DNA of 64,000 nucleotides, from the NCBI GenBank assembly GCA_951406725.2, contig OX597827.1, positions 60,698,001 to 60,762,000 on the forward strand. Direction: 5' to 3'. The translations under genes were made by a program, and so were the position numbers. Each line of letters begins with the position of its first letter. Position 1 is the first letter of the stretch. The stretch comes from Octopus vulgaris. Its lineage: Eukaryota. The notes beneath the pieces were generated by a model. That model was not told the DNA's origin. It saw only the letters and a program-made list of their open reading frames with translations, and searched no databases. Shown in pieces: positions 11,546 through 23,229 of this stretch.

Positions 11546-12265
11546 TATATATATCGACCTCAGTGTGTAACTGGTACTTAATTTATCGACCCCGAAAGGA
11601 TGAAAGGCAAAGTCAACCTCGGCGGAATTTGAACTCAGAACGTAACAGCAGACGAAATACCGCTAAGCATTTCGCCCGATGTGCTAACGATTCCACCACC
11701 TCGCCGCCCTATAATATTGCTGAGGCACAAGCATGGCTGTGCAGTAAGAAGTTTGCTTCTCAACTACATGGTTCTGGGTTCAGTCACACTGTGCTGCACC
11801 TTGGGCAAGTGTCTTAGACTGAATCCCTGGGCAACAGACCAGAGCCTTGTGAGTAGATTGGTAAACAGAAAATGAAAGACACCTATCGTGTGTGTGTGTG
11901 TGTGTGTGTGCATGCATGTTTGTATTTGTGTGTGAGTGTGTGTACCTCCAGATGATAACTGATGTTGGTTTGTTTATGTCCTTCTAACTTAGCAGTTCAG
12001 CAAAACAGACCGATGAAATAAGTACCAGGCTTTAAAAATAAATACTGGGGTTGATCTGTTCGATTAAACTCTTCAAGGCAGTGCCCCAGCATGGCCACAG
12101 TCTAATGACTGAAACAAGTAAAAGTTTAAAAAATAAAAGCTCTACATGTATTTTTAGTTGTTGTTTAATTCCAAGTTAACTTGGATTAAGCAGACCCTTA
12201 TAATTCATTGGGGTTAACCTGGAACTGAACAATGCCCTAAACAAAATCCAGTATGATATACTTAC

Positions 12266-12344
12266 AATGGAATTGACTGAAGTTCAATAGGATTGTGAAC
12301 GACCCTTAAGCTTCGGAACTGAATAAAAAGACTGTTTACCTCAT
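12266..12344 (-). CDS. REC8: REC8-like coding exon 4 (DEVNSLFIQFRSLRVVHNPIELQSIP-L)
   Basis: Pyrimidine tract + ttccag| ... TT|GTAAGT; 79 nt, phase 1/2 links exons 3 and 5 in frame. Confidence 0.85.
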
Positions 12345-12463
12345 CTGGAATGGATGAAAATCAGAAAATAATTTTTATCGAAATTTCAAGGAGTAACAAA
12401 TTCAGTTGGCCCTAAAGGGTTTCTTTCATTGTAGAAAAGGCAAACAGACTGTAAGATGTTTAA

Positions 12464-12683
12464 CCCTTTAGTGTTTAAACCAGCTGTATCCGGCCCGAAT
12501 ATTCTACTCATTTCATGCTCAAACTGGCCAGAACCAGCATCTCACACCTACCCTGCAATGTCACCCTAAAAATAAACAATTACATTTTTCAAATCTTGAA
12601 GTTACAAGATAATACCAGATTAATATTTTAAAATGTAAGTGAGTAAGGATTACTTTTGACATATTAATTTGAACACTAAAGGG
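12464..12683. mobile_element. piggyBac-like MITE (related copies at 1-210 and about 31727-31945)
   Basis: TTAA|CCCTTTAG ... CTAAAGGG|TTAA. Confidence 0.85.
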
Positions 12684-13546
12684 TTAAGGAGTACTATTAA
12701 TCTTTTGAATGTAGAAAGTAGATATATCTGTTCAAAATTTTATTACTCTTAATTACAAAAGTGGTTTTACCCCACAGCGTTTTTTTTTTTTAAACTCTCC
12801 TTATGCAGTGAGAAGCAGAAACATCTCCAATTATACTTTTCACAAAGACAATTTTCCATATTTTCTTAATTTTTTTCACATATTTAATCAAATAACTCTT
12901 TCTAGAGGAAGAATTAAATACTTTTAGTGGTTGATGTAAAACCCATACCTACAAGAGATACCGAAAAAGTATTACAGAAGCAGAAAATATTAATTCTGTT
13001 TTTGGTGGACAATTAATGTCAATATGGGAATGACTATCAAATTTGATTATGCAAAGTGTTGTGGAGACATATGTCTTAGTGGTTAGGGTGTTGGACTAAT
13101 AAGATTGTGGTTTCAGTTCCTGGACTGGGTGATCTGTTTTGTTCTTGAGCAAAACACTTCATTTCATGTTGATCCAGTCCACTCAGCTGGTAAAAATGAG
13201 TAATTCTGTGACTGACCAACATCATGTCCAGGGAAGAAAATATAACCCAGAGAAACCAGTCCTATGATCCTTACAGAGCAATGTGGACTAACCAGGTTTT
13301 ATTGAGAAGTGTGTATTGTACAGACAACCATCAGAAGATGCTGCTAAACAATCATTGTGTTACATCCATGACCACAATACATAACTGAAAACGACTCTGC
13401 AGATTGTGAAACTGATGTTTGTTTAGTAAGCGGTATTGAGTTCAATCCATTTTGTGGATGTGCTCACAAAAGATGTTGGTTCTTACTGATGGTCCCTGGG
13501 TTCACAATGACAGTAGTGTAATTATATATATATATATATATATATA

Positions 13547-13796
13547 ATATGAAATTATTGTATACAGTGCTCAGGTGCACCACAACTTGTCAGAAAGTGC
13601 ATATAAAGTACATGCAGTAATGTAGAAATGTCTGGAAAGCGAACAATGTATGAGTCAGATACATGCTTGTGTGTGTATGGAGGGGAGAAAATCAAGTGTA
13701 GTGTTGGCGAATCTCAGGAAGCATGGAAGTTTTGAAGGATGCAGTGCTCCGACAACTAACAACCGATGCCGGCAGTTTGTTCCATGCTTCAGCAAT
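13547..13796 (-). mobile_element. CR1-type LINE 3' end
   Basis: Minus strand AEAWNKLPASVVSCRSTASFKTSMLPEIRQHYT* followed by 3' UTR. Confidence 0.7.
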
Positions 13797-14678
13797 TGCT
13801 TCAGTAATTGTAATCTCTGAGGATGGAAATGTTTCAGATTCTGGTACTTTCTGTCATAACTATGAAAAAGAAGTTAAATCTGTTGTCAAAGAGACAGACT
13901 GATAGAAGTAGTTATGTAGCTTGGTCCTGATCAGAAAGAGAGGCAAATCCAGAAAGGAAACTTTCTATGAAGTAGCTAAATTGCTAAATATAGAAGCCAA
14001 GTCTACCACAACTATCCTCTGTCATAGTGAAAATAATAGAGCTGAGCACTCCAGACACATGTACCCTTAATGTAGTTCTTAGGGAAATTCAGTATGACAC
14101 AGAACATGACAGGGCCGGCCCTTTGAATTACAGATACAACTCACTTCTGCCAGCCGAATAGAGTGAAGCAACATGAAATAAAGACTAGCTCAAGGACACA
14201 ACACATTGCCAGGAATCGAACTCACAACCTTACAACTGCAAGCTGAATACCATAACCACAAAGCCATGCACCTTCACTGGAAGTGCAAGCATGATAATGT
14301 GATATATGAGCTTTTATGTTGCAGTGATATCATAGAATTGTTAACATCAGTGAATCATTGTATCAACCAGACTATCTGATGATACAGTATGCTTCTTTGC
14401 AGTGTTGTAGCTATTGTAGCAGGCAGGCAAATAGCTCCCCCTGAATGGAACACCAGCCAGTTGCAGGGTCACCCATTTACAGCTGAGTAGACTGGAGCAA
14501 TGTGAAATGAAGTGTCTTGCTCAAGAACACAACATGCTACTGGTCTGGGAGTCAAAACCACAAACCTGCAATTGTGATTGTAACACTATAGCCACTAGGC
14601 CACGCAGCTTCGTAGAAGTGTTAACATAGCACCGGTAAAACGGAATGGGTTCAATTTTGTTCAGCTAAACCCTTCAAG

Positions 14679-14992
14679 TGGAGGTGCAATGGCCCAGTGG
14701 TTAGGGCAGCGGACTTGAGGTTGGAGGATCGCGGTTTCGATTCCCAGACTGGGCGTTGTGTGTGTTTATTGAGCGAAAACACCTAAAGTTCCATGAGGCT
14801 CTGGCAGGGGGTGGTGGCGACCCCTGTTGTACTCTTTCGCCCCAACTTTCTCTCACTCTTTCTTCCTGTTTCTTGAGTAACGCTGCAATAGACTGGCATC
14901 CCATCCAGCTGGGGGGAATACATACACAACAGAAACCGGGAAACCGGGCCCATGATCCTGGCTAGGCTTGAAAAGGGCACATAAATAAATAA
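14679..14992 (+). mobile_element. tRNA-derived SINE related to 7282-7576, with TSD TAAACCCTTC
   Basis: TGGCCCAGTGG / TTCGATTCC boxes, (TAAA)n tail, flanking duplication. Confidence 0.85.
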
Positions 14993-15157
14993 TAAACCCT
15001 TCGAAGAGTGTCTCAGCATAGCCAATAAGTTAAAGATAAAAAGATAACATGTGTACACACGTACACACACAGAATAGTTGCTTAATGATACTAACATATT
15101 CTTTCATTATAAGAGAGTAATTTTAAGATGATAAAAGAAGCAAAAGGTATGTGTTAC

Positions 15158-15279
15158 CTAATAAAACTGAGCTCTGCCGCTGGTATATAACCAAGGTACC
15201 ATACATCAGCTGAGTGGATAAGTAGAGGGACAGGCGCTGTCTGACAGTTTTCGCTCTGAGGTACTTTAAAATAGCATGG
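15158..15279 (-). CDS. REC8: REC8-like coding exon 3 (HAILKYLRAKTVRQRLSLYLSTQLMYGTLVIYQRQSSVLL)
   Basis: ttttcag| ... G|GTAAC; phase 2/1. RLSLYLSxQLxxG..IY is the REC8-type form of the motif (RAD21 has ALRTSGHLLLG). Confidence 0.93.
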
Positions 15280-16631
15280 CTGAAAATGAATAGCATGACG
15301 ATGATGATGATGATGATGATGATGATGTGGATGTTGATAATGATGATGAGGTTGCTGATGAAGGTGATAGTAATAATGATGTTCTTGTTTAGCCCCAAGT
15401 CAACTGTCATCAAACAGACCAACGATCAACAGCATTCCAACTATGACCATCCTGTCATTTTTTTTCTTCCGTGCAGGAACCTGGATATCATAATCTAAGG
15501 TATCCTTTCAAGATCATTGGGTGTGATTCGAGTGAAGAATAGCTGAAATTTCTAGCAGATCAGGTATTCATGCAGAGTGTTCTCGTTGATTTGTATTGAT
15601 GATAATCCTTTCTACTATAAGTACAAGGCCTGAAATTTTGGGGGAGGGGACTAGTTGATTACATCAACCCCAGTATTTCCCTGGTACTTAATTTATTGAC
15701 CCTGAAAAAAGAAGCCCATCGTATATATGTATATGTATATATATATGTGTGTGTGTGTGTGCGCGTGTTTGTGTGTCTGTTTTTGTCCCCCACAACATCG
15801 CTTGACAACCGATGCAAGTGTGTTTACATCTCCGTCACTTAGCGGTTCTGCAAAAGAGACCGATAGAATAAGTACTAGGCTTACGAAGAGTAAGTCCTGG
15901 GATTGATTTGCTCGACTAAAGGCAGTGCTCCAGCATGGCCACAGTCAAATGACTGAAACAAGTAAAAGAGTAATCTTTCATGGTCAAACTGCAACCTGTG
16001 TGACATTCTGAATGGCATACTTAACAAAAAATTGCCTCAAACTATTTTAGTAGTGCATCAAGCCTGATGGTGAGCCATGTCTCATGCAGCCTGTTTTGCG
16101 GAAAAGGTTGCCAGCAATAAACAGCTTATTGTGTTCTTTCTTTGTATCATTTATTGTAAAAAGCAAAACTTCACTTGTAAGCCAAGAATTCAAATAGCTT
16201 ATCAAATTAATGACCAACAAAAATAAAGAAAATTAATATAATAATAATAATAATGATTAAATTTCATCTTCAGTACCATAAATCCTCGAGTATAATCCGC
16301 ATTCTTTTCCCAAAATTTAAAGGTCAAAATCCCTAGTGCATACAATATACAAGTTTAAAAATGGAAAATATTTTCTAAGCAATGTCTGAGTCTCTATTTG
16401 CTGTCTGGCAATGTTTATTCAGACGCATTTTGTGATGTCAGGTGCGAAAATACATTAAGCTAAGCCTGAAAGCAATGAATTCATAAAAGAATCATCCATA
16501 ACTTGCAGTAAGTAACATTCATTAAAATAAAAGTATTCAGAACACAGAATAACATGTAACAAAAACAATTTGCAAACATATTTACATTCCCATATAACAG
16601 TTAAGAACATCACAGACTTATAATTACTCAC

Positions 16632-16700
16632 CATGTATCTACTAAATCTACACCACATACTTCTCGTCTTGATAGCTTTCGGCCTTTGGTTGCTGCCAGC
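16632..16700 (-). CDS. REC8: REC8-like coding exon 2 (W-LAATKGRKLSRREVCGVDLVDT-C)
   Basis: cag| ... TG|GTGAGT; 69 nt, phase 2/2; completes WLAAT and the V..TC motif of the kleisin N-terminal domain. Confidence 0.93.
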
Positions 16701-17323
16701 CTGGATTTTTTATTTGTTAAAGAAAGAGTAATAAAAAAATTTATTAATCATGAGAATCTAGAGAGATATAACTTCTGGTTTTTACAAAATTAAGTTGGTG
16801 ATAGATAAATCTTCAAATGGAGAGGATAATGCCTCTTCAGTCTGTCAGTAGTGTGTACTCACTAGCAACCATATACTAAGATAAAAAAGATCGCTAGTGA
16901 CATAGGAAAAATCACTGGTGTTGCAGTAAATTGCTTAGCTGAATAAAATTTTTTTTTGAACAGAAGCAGTACCAGATTAAAATAGTCATCTATATATCAT
17001 ACTTAATGCAAAAGCATAAAAAAAAAAACAAATTAACTGCAATGTCTATCTGGAGATAATATCTCACAGACATACAGTTTTTAAAAACATGCAAATTTTA
17101 TATTTTCCTTAATTCATCTAAGATTAATTGAAACACACAAATAAATTGTATCTGATATATAAAATATATGGTCACAAAAGGATTAAATACTTATATGAAT
17201 GTATCATTCTTTTATCTTTATTTTTTAATTTTCATTAATTTAATTAAATTTTTTTTAACATTTTATTCGTTTCAGAATTTGTACCAAAATTTATGTCCAC
17301 TCAAAAATGGAAGCAGAATTTAC

Positions 17324-17379
17324 CATATCAGAGCAAAACGGCCTCCTCTTCGATTGAGGATCTCAGTGCTGTAAAACAT
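17324..17379 (-). CDS. REC8: REC8-like kleisin, coding exon 1 (MFYSTEILNRRGGRFALI-W)
   Basis: The acceptor cttttcttttcag precedes exon base 17387, 8 nt upstream of the ATG (17379-17377). Donor TG|GTAAAT, phase 2. MFY...GRFALIWLAAT is the Rad21/Rec8 N-terminal signature. Confidence 0.93.
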
Positions 17380-18358
17380 GACTTAATCTGAAAAGAAAAG
17401 GAAATTTTGCTTTAAAGAAATGGTTAATAACAATAATAATGAAATCTCACACTGACACCAAAACATCACAGGTATTTATTTTGTCGATCAATGGTGTGGG
17501 TAGGACTTGAACTCTCAAGGATTGTAACTAAATACAATAAACCACACATGCACCAACACACACCCATTACCACAAGGAAAATGAGACGACAAAGGAATAA
17601 TCTATAATCTTATGAACTAGTACATATATATATATATATTGCAACACTTTATCAGTCCTGGTATATACACTTTAATAAGGATTTATTACATTGGAATGAG
17701 TTCATATGTTTGTAAGGAAATAAGTATAAGCTAATGTCTAACAACTAAGATTGGACACAATAAGAGTAATGTCACACCTGTCCTAATGTATGACTCATAA
17801 TACTGGCAAATAGTAAAAGGAGACATGAATAAGATCAATACTTCCTACAGTTGGTATCAGAAAAATCTGTCACATTTTCTGGTTCAACAAAATCCTATGG
17901 AGTTGTAACTTCATAACAGGTTGCAGTACAGTTGTCTTCGAAATAAAAAGATGGTAGTGTCCATCATAATGCTACCTAAGGTAGCATTAGACATTACAAG
18001 AGAAATGAAAGTCTGGATGGCCAAGGAACATAGCTGGTGTAAGAACATTTGAAGATGGGTTGAGCTTAATAGATCTGATATAAGACAAGGTAAAGTTGCT
18101 CAAGACAAGTCTAATTGGTGTTGAGCCATTGTAAGCTTATTTTATAAAATTTCTCTATGTGGTTGTCTGGTTAGAAGCTTGCTTTCCAACCATGTGGTCT
18201 TGGGGTCAGTCCCTCAGTGCAGCACCTTGGTTAAGTGTGTTATATCATATCCCTGAGCTAACTGAAGCCTCGCAAGTGGATTTGGTAGATGGAAACTAAA
18301 AGAAGCCTGCTGCATGCATGAATGTATGTATATAAAAACAACAGATGGATAATGGCTC

Positions 18359-18439
18359 ATTCACTAGAGCTGTTTCCAACAAATGTTTTAACTAATGAAC
18401 AGTTTTCATGAGAAAAAAAAAAGTTTTCATCAGGTGAAT
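18359..18439 (-). ncRNA. Type I hammerhead ribozyme motif in an inverted-repeat element (18338-18562)
   Basis: AUUCAC-CUGAUGA-AAAC...GUUG-GAAA-CAGCUC-UA-GUGAAU: 6-bp stem I, intact core, one mismatch in stem III; degenerate inverted copy at about 18488-18545. Confidence 0.65.
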
Positions 18440-19207
18440 ACACATGAATTATACATTCCAAAGTCACCAGTTTGTGCCACTCCAAGATTCCCTGACTGGT
18501 ACTAGTCAATTAAAACAATTCATTGGAAACAGCTGCAGTGAACGGACCATTATCCATCTGTTGCTATTGTTATATATTATTCACCATACTCGGAACCATC
18601 TATTAGCATGCATCTGGAGTCTATTACAATTGGTGCAGTGTGTGTTCCTAAATACAGCATTGAGATACGTAATATACTCAGTCGGATGTGGTCTATCATA
18701 TATACAACTGGAATAATAATCTGTCTATACACCAGTATGTAGGTATTTGTTCCTATGCTTTTGTAATATACACAATTCCCTTTCTGTAACCCAACCCAAT
18801 ATTTTACCATTTAAATACCTGATTCACTTGAATCCTGAACTCTTATAATATATATACATACATGTGAAGGTGCATGGCTCAGTGGTTAGAGCATTGAGCT
18901 TACGATTGCAAGGTTGTGAGTTTGAATGCCGGACTGGGCTGCGTGTTGTGTTCTTGAGCAAGACATTTTATTTCACGTTGCTCCAGTTCACTTAGCTGTA
19001 GAAATGAGTGGCGACATCACTGGTGCCAAGCTGTATCGGCTGTTGCCTTTCTCTTGGATAACATCAGTGGTGTGGAGAAGGAAGGCTGGTATGCATGGGC
19101 GACTGCTGCCCTTCCACAAACAACCTTGCCCAGAGTTGTGCTTTGGAGGGCAACTTTCTAGGTGCAATTTCATGGTCATTCATGACCGAAGGGGGTCTAT
19201 ATATATA

Positions 19208-19278
<71 letters not shown>

Positions 19279-20372
19279 AGGGTAGCTTGTTTACAATTTT
19301 ACAACCAAAAGGCAGAAATATATACATCACTATAGTGGTGCTTCTTGTAACTATGAGTTGTTTTAACTCTTATTTCTAGCAATACTGGTGCTGACTAGTA
19401 CTCTCAGTCACGTTAGTGATGTGTGTGTGTGTGTGTGTGTGTCTGCATGTACGTGTGTTCCTTTGTCTTGACATCACATGATGGTTGTAAACAAGCATCA
19501 CCTTCATACAAGTCTTCCATGAAAAACATGTATAGCATCCAGCCGTAGAAAATCTGTCTCAGTAAATTCTGTATGACTTATACAAGCATAGAAAAGTGGA
19601 ATGCTCATATTCCATACCACTGAATGTTTGAAAGCAAAAATGAAACTAAAATTTCACTCAAAGTTGTCCAAATTGAATTCAACAAGCACTACACTTTTCA
19701 GAAGGATTTAAGGTGGAATTAAATATCGGTTTCAATTTTGGAGATAAGTTCCCCACAAATTACTTTATAATCGTAATTATGTCGTTTCAAAGGTATTTTT
19801 ATATAAAATTTCATTGAAAAAGAAAAACCATTTTCTTAAAAGTTATGAGGGAAAAACTCGGATTTTGTGAATTTTCCGATGTGGGAAAAGATTTTCCCCA
19901 CAAATTTCTTCCTAATCGTAATGTATGCCGTTTGAAAGGTATTTCTATAAACTTTCATTGAAAAAAACCCCATTTTCCTAAAAGTTAAGAGGGAAAAGCT
20001 CGGACCTTGTGAATTTTCCGAAGTCTTCTCCCCACCCTCCCGTTGCTTTGCACGGATTTTTTTAAATATTCTTTTTCTACACATTGTTTCACACCCGTCC
20101 CAGTATTTTATTTTATTTTTTTTGATTTTCGTTTCCGGGTCAAGATGTAAACATTAACCAAAAATTTACCAAAACAATGTCCTAGGGTCGATTTGTTTGA
20201 CTAACCCCCCCCCCCCCGCAAGGCGGTGCTCCAGCATGGTTCCACTCAAATGATTGAAACAAGTAAAAGAATAAAAGAAAAGACCCAATACTTCTGATTT
20301 AAAATAGACGGTTAAATAGTTGTATAACATCCTTGAGTAATTTACAAATAGCAATCATATCTGAACATTTAC

Positions 20373-20420
20373 CTGTTCTCATACAGTGGTTTCAAAAACA
20401 TTGTAAGAGAGCAGATTGTG
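20373..20420 (-). promoter_or_regulatory. Candidate REC8 promoter / non-coding first exon with a CHR-like TTTGAA
   Basis: Minus strand TTTTGAAACCACTGTATGAGAACAG|GTAAAT: a good donor about 20 nt after a CHR-type TTTGAA, near where CpG-retaining DNA begins. REC8 coding exon 1 has an acceptor upstream of its ATG, so an upstream exon is expected. Confidence 0.35.
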
Positions 20421-20701
20421 GGGGAAATGTTAAATAATTGTTATTTAACAAAATCACGAATGGAGTTGTTTAACCAGCTTCAGTTCAGCCTTGAACGAGT
20501 AGGCATATGGTTAAAAACATATTTATCCTTTTTGTTTTTTCCTCTGAGAATAATGTAATTGGAATTAAGGTTTCTAAAGAATGAATAGATTAAACCCATT
20601 CATTTATTTTGAGGTGATGTTTCGTTTTTATGAATCGAGAAAACGAAACGACTGAAGTCAACAGGAAACAGCAAATTATTGATATATATATATATATATA
20701 A

Positions 20702-21002
20702 CCAGCAGTATCGCCCGGCGTTGCTCGGGTTTGTAAGGGAAATAACTATATAAGCATTTTTAGAGAGTTACTTCCCTTAAATAATAGCAAAAAAATGCAT
20801 TAAAAATGGGAAAAAATGATGGTAAATTTTTTTTTAAATCATAGACTCATCGTAGACGCGCGCTAATACCCAGAAGGGCTCGATATGAATCACGACTATA
20901 AGATACCCGCTTTTGGTTAAACTGCACTGCAAAATGTGGGAGTAGTTATGAATCTAAATCGTAGGAGACAGACAGCACACAACCTCACTTTTATATATAA
21001 AG
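20702..21002 (-). mobile_element. Non-autonomous Helitron-like element
   Basis: Reverse complement of the 21830-22337 family; same CCCGAGCAACGCCGGG hairpin end. Confidence 0.75.
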
Positions 21003-21235
21003 ATTTCTAATTTTGGGACAAGGCCAGTAATTTTGACGGGAGGATTAAGTCAATTACATTGAATCCAGTGCTCAACGGGTACTCTATCTAATCGACCCTG
21101 AAAGAATGAAAGGCAAACTCAACCTCAGCAGCATTTAATCTCAGAACGTAATGAGCCGAAAGAAATGCTGCGAATTATCTTCGATACACTAACGATTCTG
21201 TCTGCTCGCCATCTAAATAAAAAATTATTATTTCG

Positions 21236-21706
21236 GAAAGACTTCAGTCCGTCCCCCACCTCTCCCATTTTATCCCAAATTTGTTTATTTTTGTAATTTT
21301 TTTTGCCTAAAATCGGCATTGTGAAATTTCCCCCCTCCCACAACTTCAATTTTGACTTCTTTCCCCAACAGTAACCCTAACCCTAACCCTAAAACCGTAA
21401 CCGTAAGTACAGAACTATTTTGAAAATTTTGTCCGTATTTTTCCACATATTTAGAGAAAAAAAATTCTTTAAAAAAATTTTACAATGATTTTTGGAAATT
21501 TTTTTCAGAATCATAATCTCTGTATTTTTCCTCTTATTTTTGGGGGAAAAAATTGTGAAAAAGGTTAAAAACGAAGGAAATGGGGATGGGGGTGATAATT
21601 TAGAAATGTCGATTTTTGCCATTTTTTTTTTGCAGATTCATATTCCCCGTAGCCGAAAACAAAAATTTTTTAAGGGTGGTTTTTGGGTCAGGGTCGGAAG
21701 TCTTGC
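21236..21706. mobile_element. MITE-like element with a short internal (TAACCC)n (truncated relative at 6895-7240)
   Basis: GGAAAGACTTC ... GAAGTCTTGC termini, internal inverted blocks, AACCCTAACCCTAACCCT at 21373-21390. Confidence 0.6.
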
Positions 21707-21829
21707 TATTCTTTCTACTAAAGGGACAAGGCCTGAAAATTTGGTGGTCGATTATATTGGTTCCAGTGTTCAACTGATACTTATTTTATTGCCAGCAAAA
21801 GGATGAAAGTAAAGTCGATCACGACAATA

Positions 21830-22337
21830 TCTATATATATAAAACTGTAGTTGTGTGAGTGTCTGTCTCCTACGATTTAGATTCCTAACTCCTCCCGCAT
21901 TTTGCGGTGCAGTTTAACCAAATTCGGGTATCTTATAGTCGTGATTAATATCAAGCCCGTCTGGCTATTAGCGCGCGTCTACGATGAGTCTACGATTTTA
22001 AAAATAATTTAACATCATTTTTTATTCCATTTTAATGCATAATTTTTCGTGTGTCGATGGCGGCGGAGTTGGCGTCCACGCTCAAACACCTGCACCTGTG
22101 TTTGCTTCTCCCTTCCCTCGTGAAGCTGTTGGGAAGGGAGTTTAAGGAAATCAACGTCGTAATGCGTTGTCAAGGAGACCAGCGTTCTTTTAGAACAACG
22201 ACTTCATGGCTTGAAGACACCAAAACAGAAATGGCTAAGAAAGCCCGAATTGGCATCTATAAAGGAAGTAACTCTCTAAAAATGCTTATATAGTTATTTC
22301 CCTTACAAACCCGAGCAACGCCGGGCGATGCTGCTAG
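21830..22337 (+). mobile_element. Non-autonomous Helitron-like element
   Basis: A|TCTATATATAT start; CCCGAGCAACGCCGGG hairpin and CTAG|T end. Confidence 0.8.
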
Positions 22338-22614
22338 TTTGAACTAAGAATGTAAAGAGATTGTAGAAATGGCGCTAAGCATTTTGTACAGTGTGCTAAC
22401 GATTCTGCTAGCTCGTCCACATAAACAGCATAACAGAATAAAACCAATGTTTAATAATAATCGAATAAGTTCGGTAAAGAAATAGAAACTGGGAGAAAGA
22501 TTTTCTTTGAAACTGAAAGCTGATTTCGAAATTTTATGGCTGTGTAGTAAAAAGTTTGCTTCCCAACCACTGTATGGCACCTACTATAGCACTGGGTCAA
22601 CCAAAGGCCAAGCA

Positions 22615-23166
22615 GTATTTCGTCTGCTGCTATGTTCTGAGTTCAAATTCCGCCGAGGTCGACTTTGCCTTTCATCCTTTCGGGGTCGATTAAATAAATA
22701 AGTACCAGTTACGCACTGGGGTCAATATAATCGACTTAATCCGTTTGTCTGTCCTTGTTTGTCCCCTCTGTGTGTAGCCCCTTGTGGGTAGTAAAGAAAT
22801 AGGTATTTCGTCTGCTGCTACATTCTGAGTTCAAAATCCACCGAACGTCGACTTTGCCTTTCATCCTTTCGGGGTCGATTAAATATGTACCAGTTACGCA
22901 CTGAGGTCGATATAATCGACTTGATCCCTTTGTCTGTCCTTGTTTGTCCCCTCTGTGTGTAGCCCCTTGTGAGAAGTAAAGAAATAGGTATTTCGTCTGC
23001 TGCTACGTTCTGAGTTCAAATTCCACCGAGGTCGACTTTGCCTTTCATCCTTTCGGGGTCGATTAAATAAGTACCAGTTACGCACTGGGGTCGATATAAT
23101 CGACTTAATCCCTTTGTCTGTCCTTGTTTGTTCCCTCTGTGTGTAGCCCCTTGTGGGTAATAAAGA
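22615..23166 (+). repeat. Three tandem ~187-bp copies of a SINE body
   Basis: GTATTTCGTCTGCTGCT recurs at about 22615, 22803 and 22988. Confidence 0.9.
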
Positions 23167-23181
23167 AAAAAGAAACCCATC

Positions 23182-23229
<48 letters not shown>

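Noticed and set aside
12340-12448. Apparent 5-nt micro-exon or start exon (ATGAG|GTAAAC)
   Set aside because: Better explained as the start of the 79-nt exon 12344-12266; the alternative needs a 21-nt intron.
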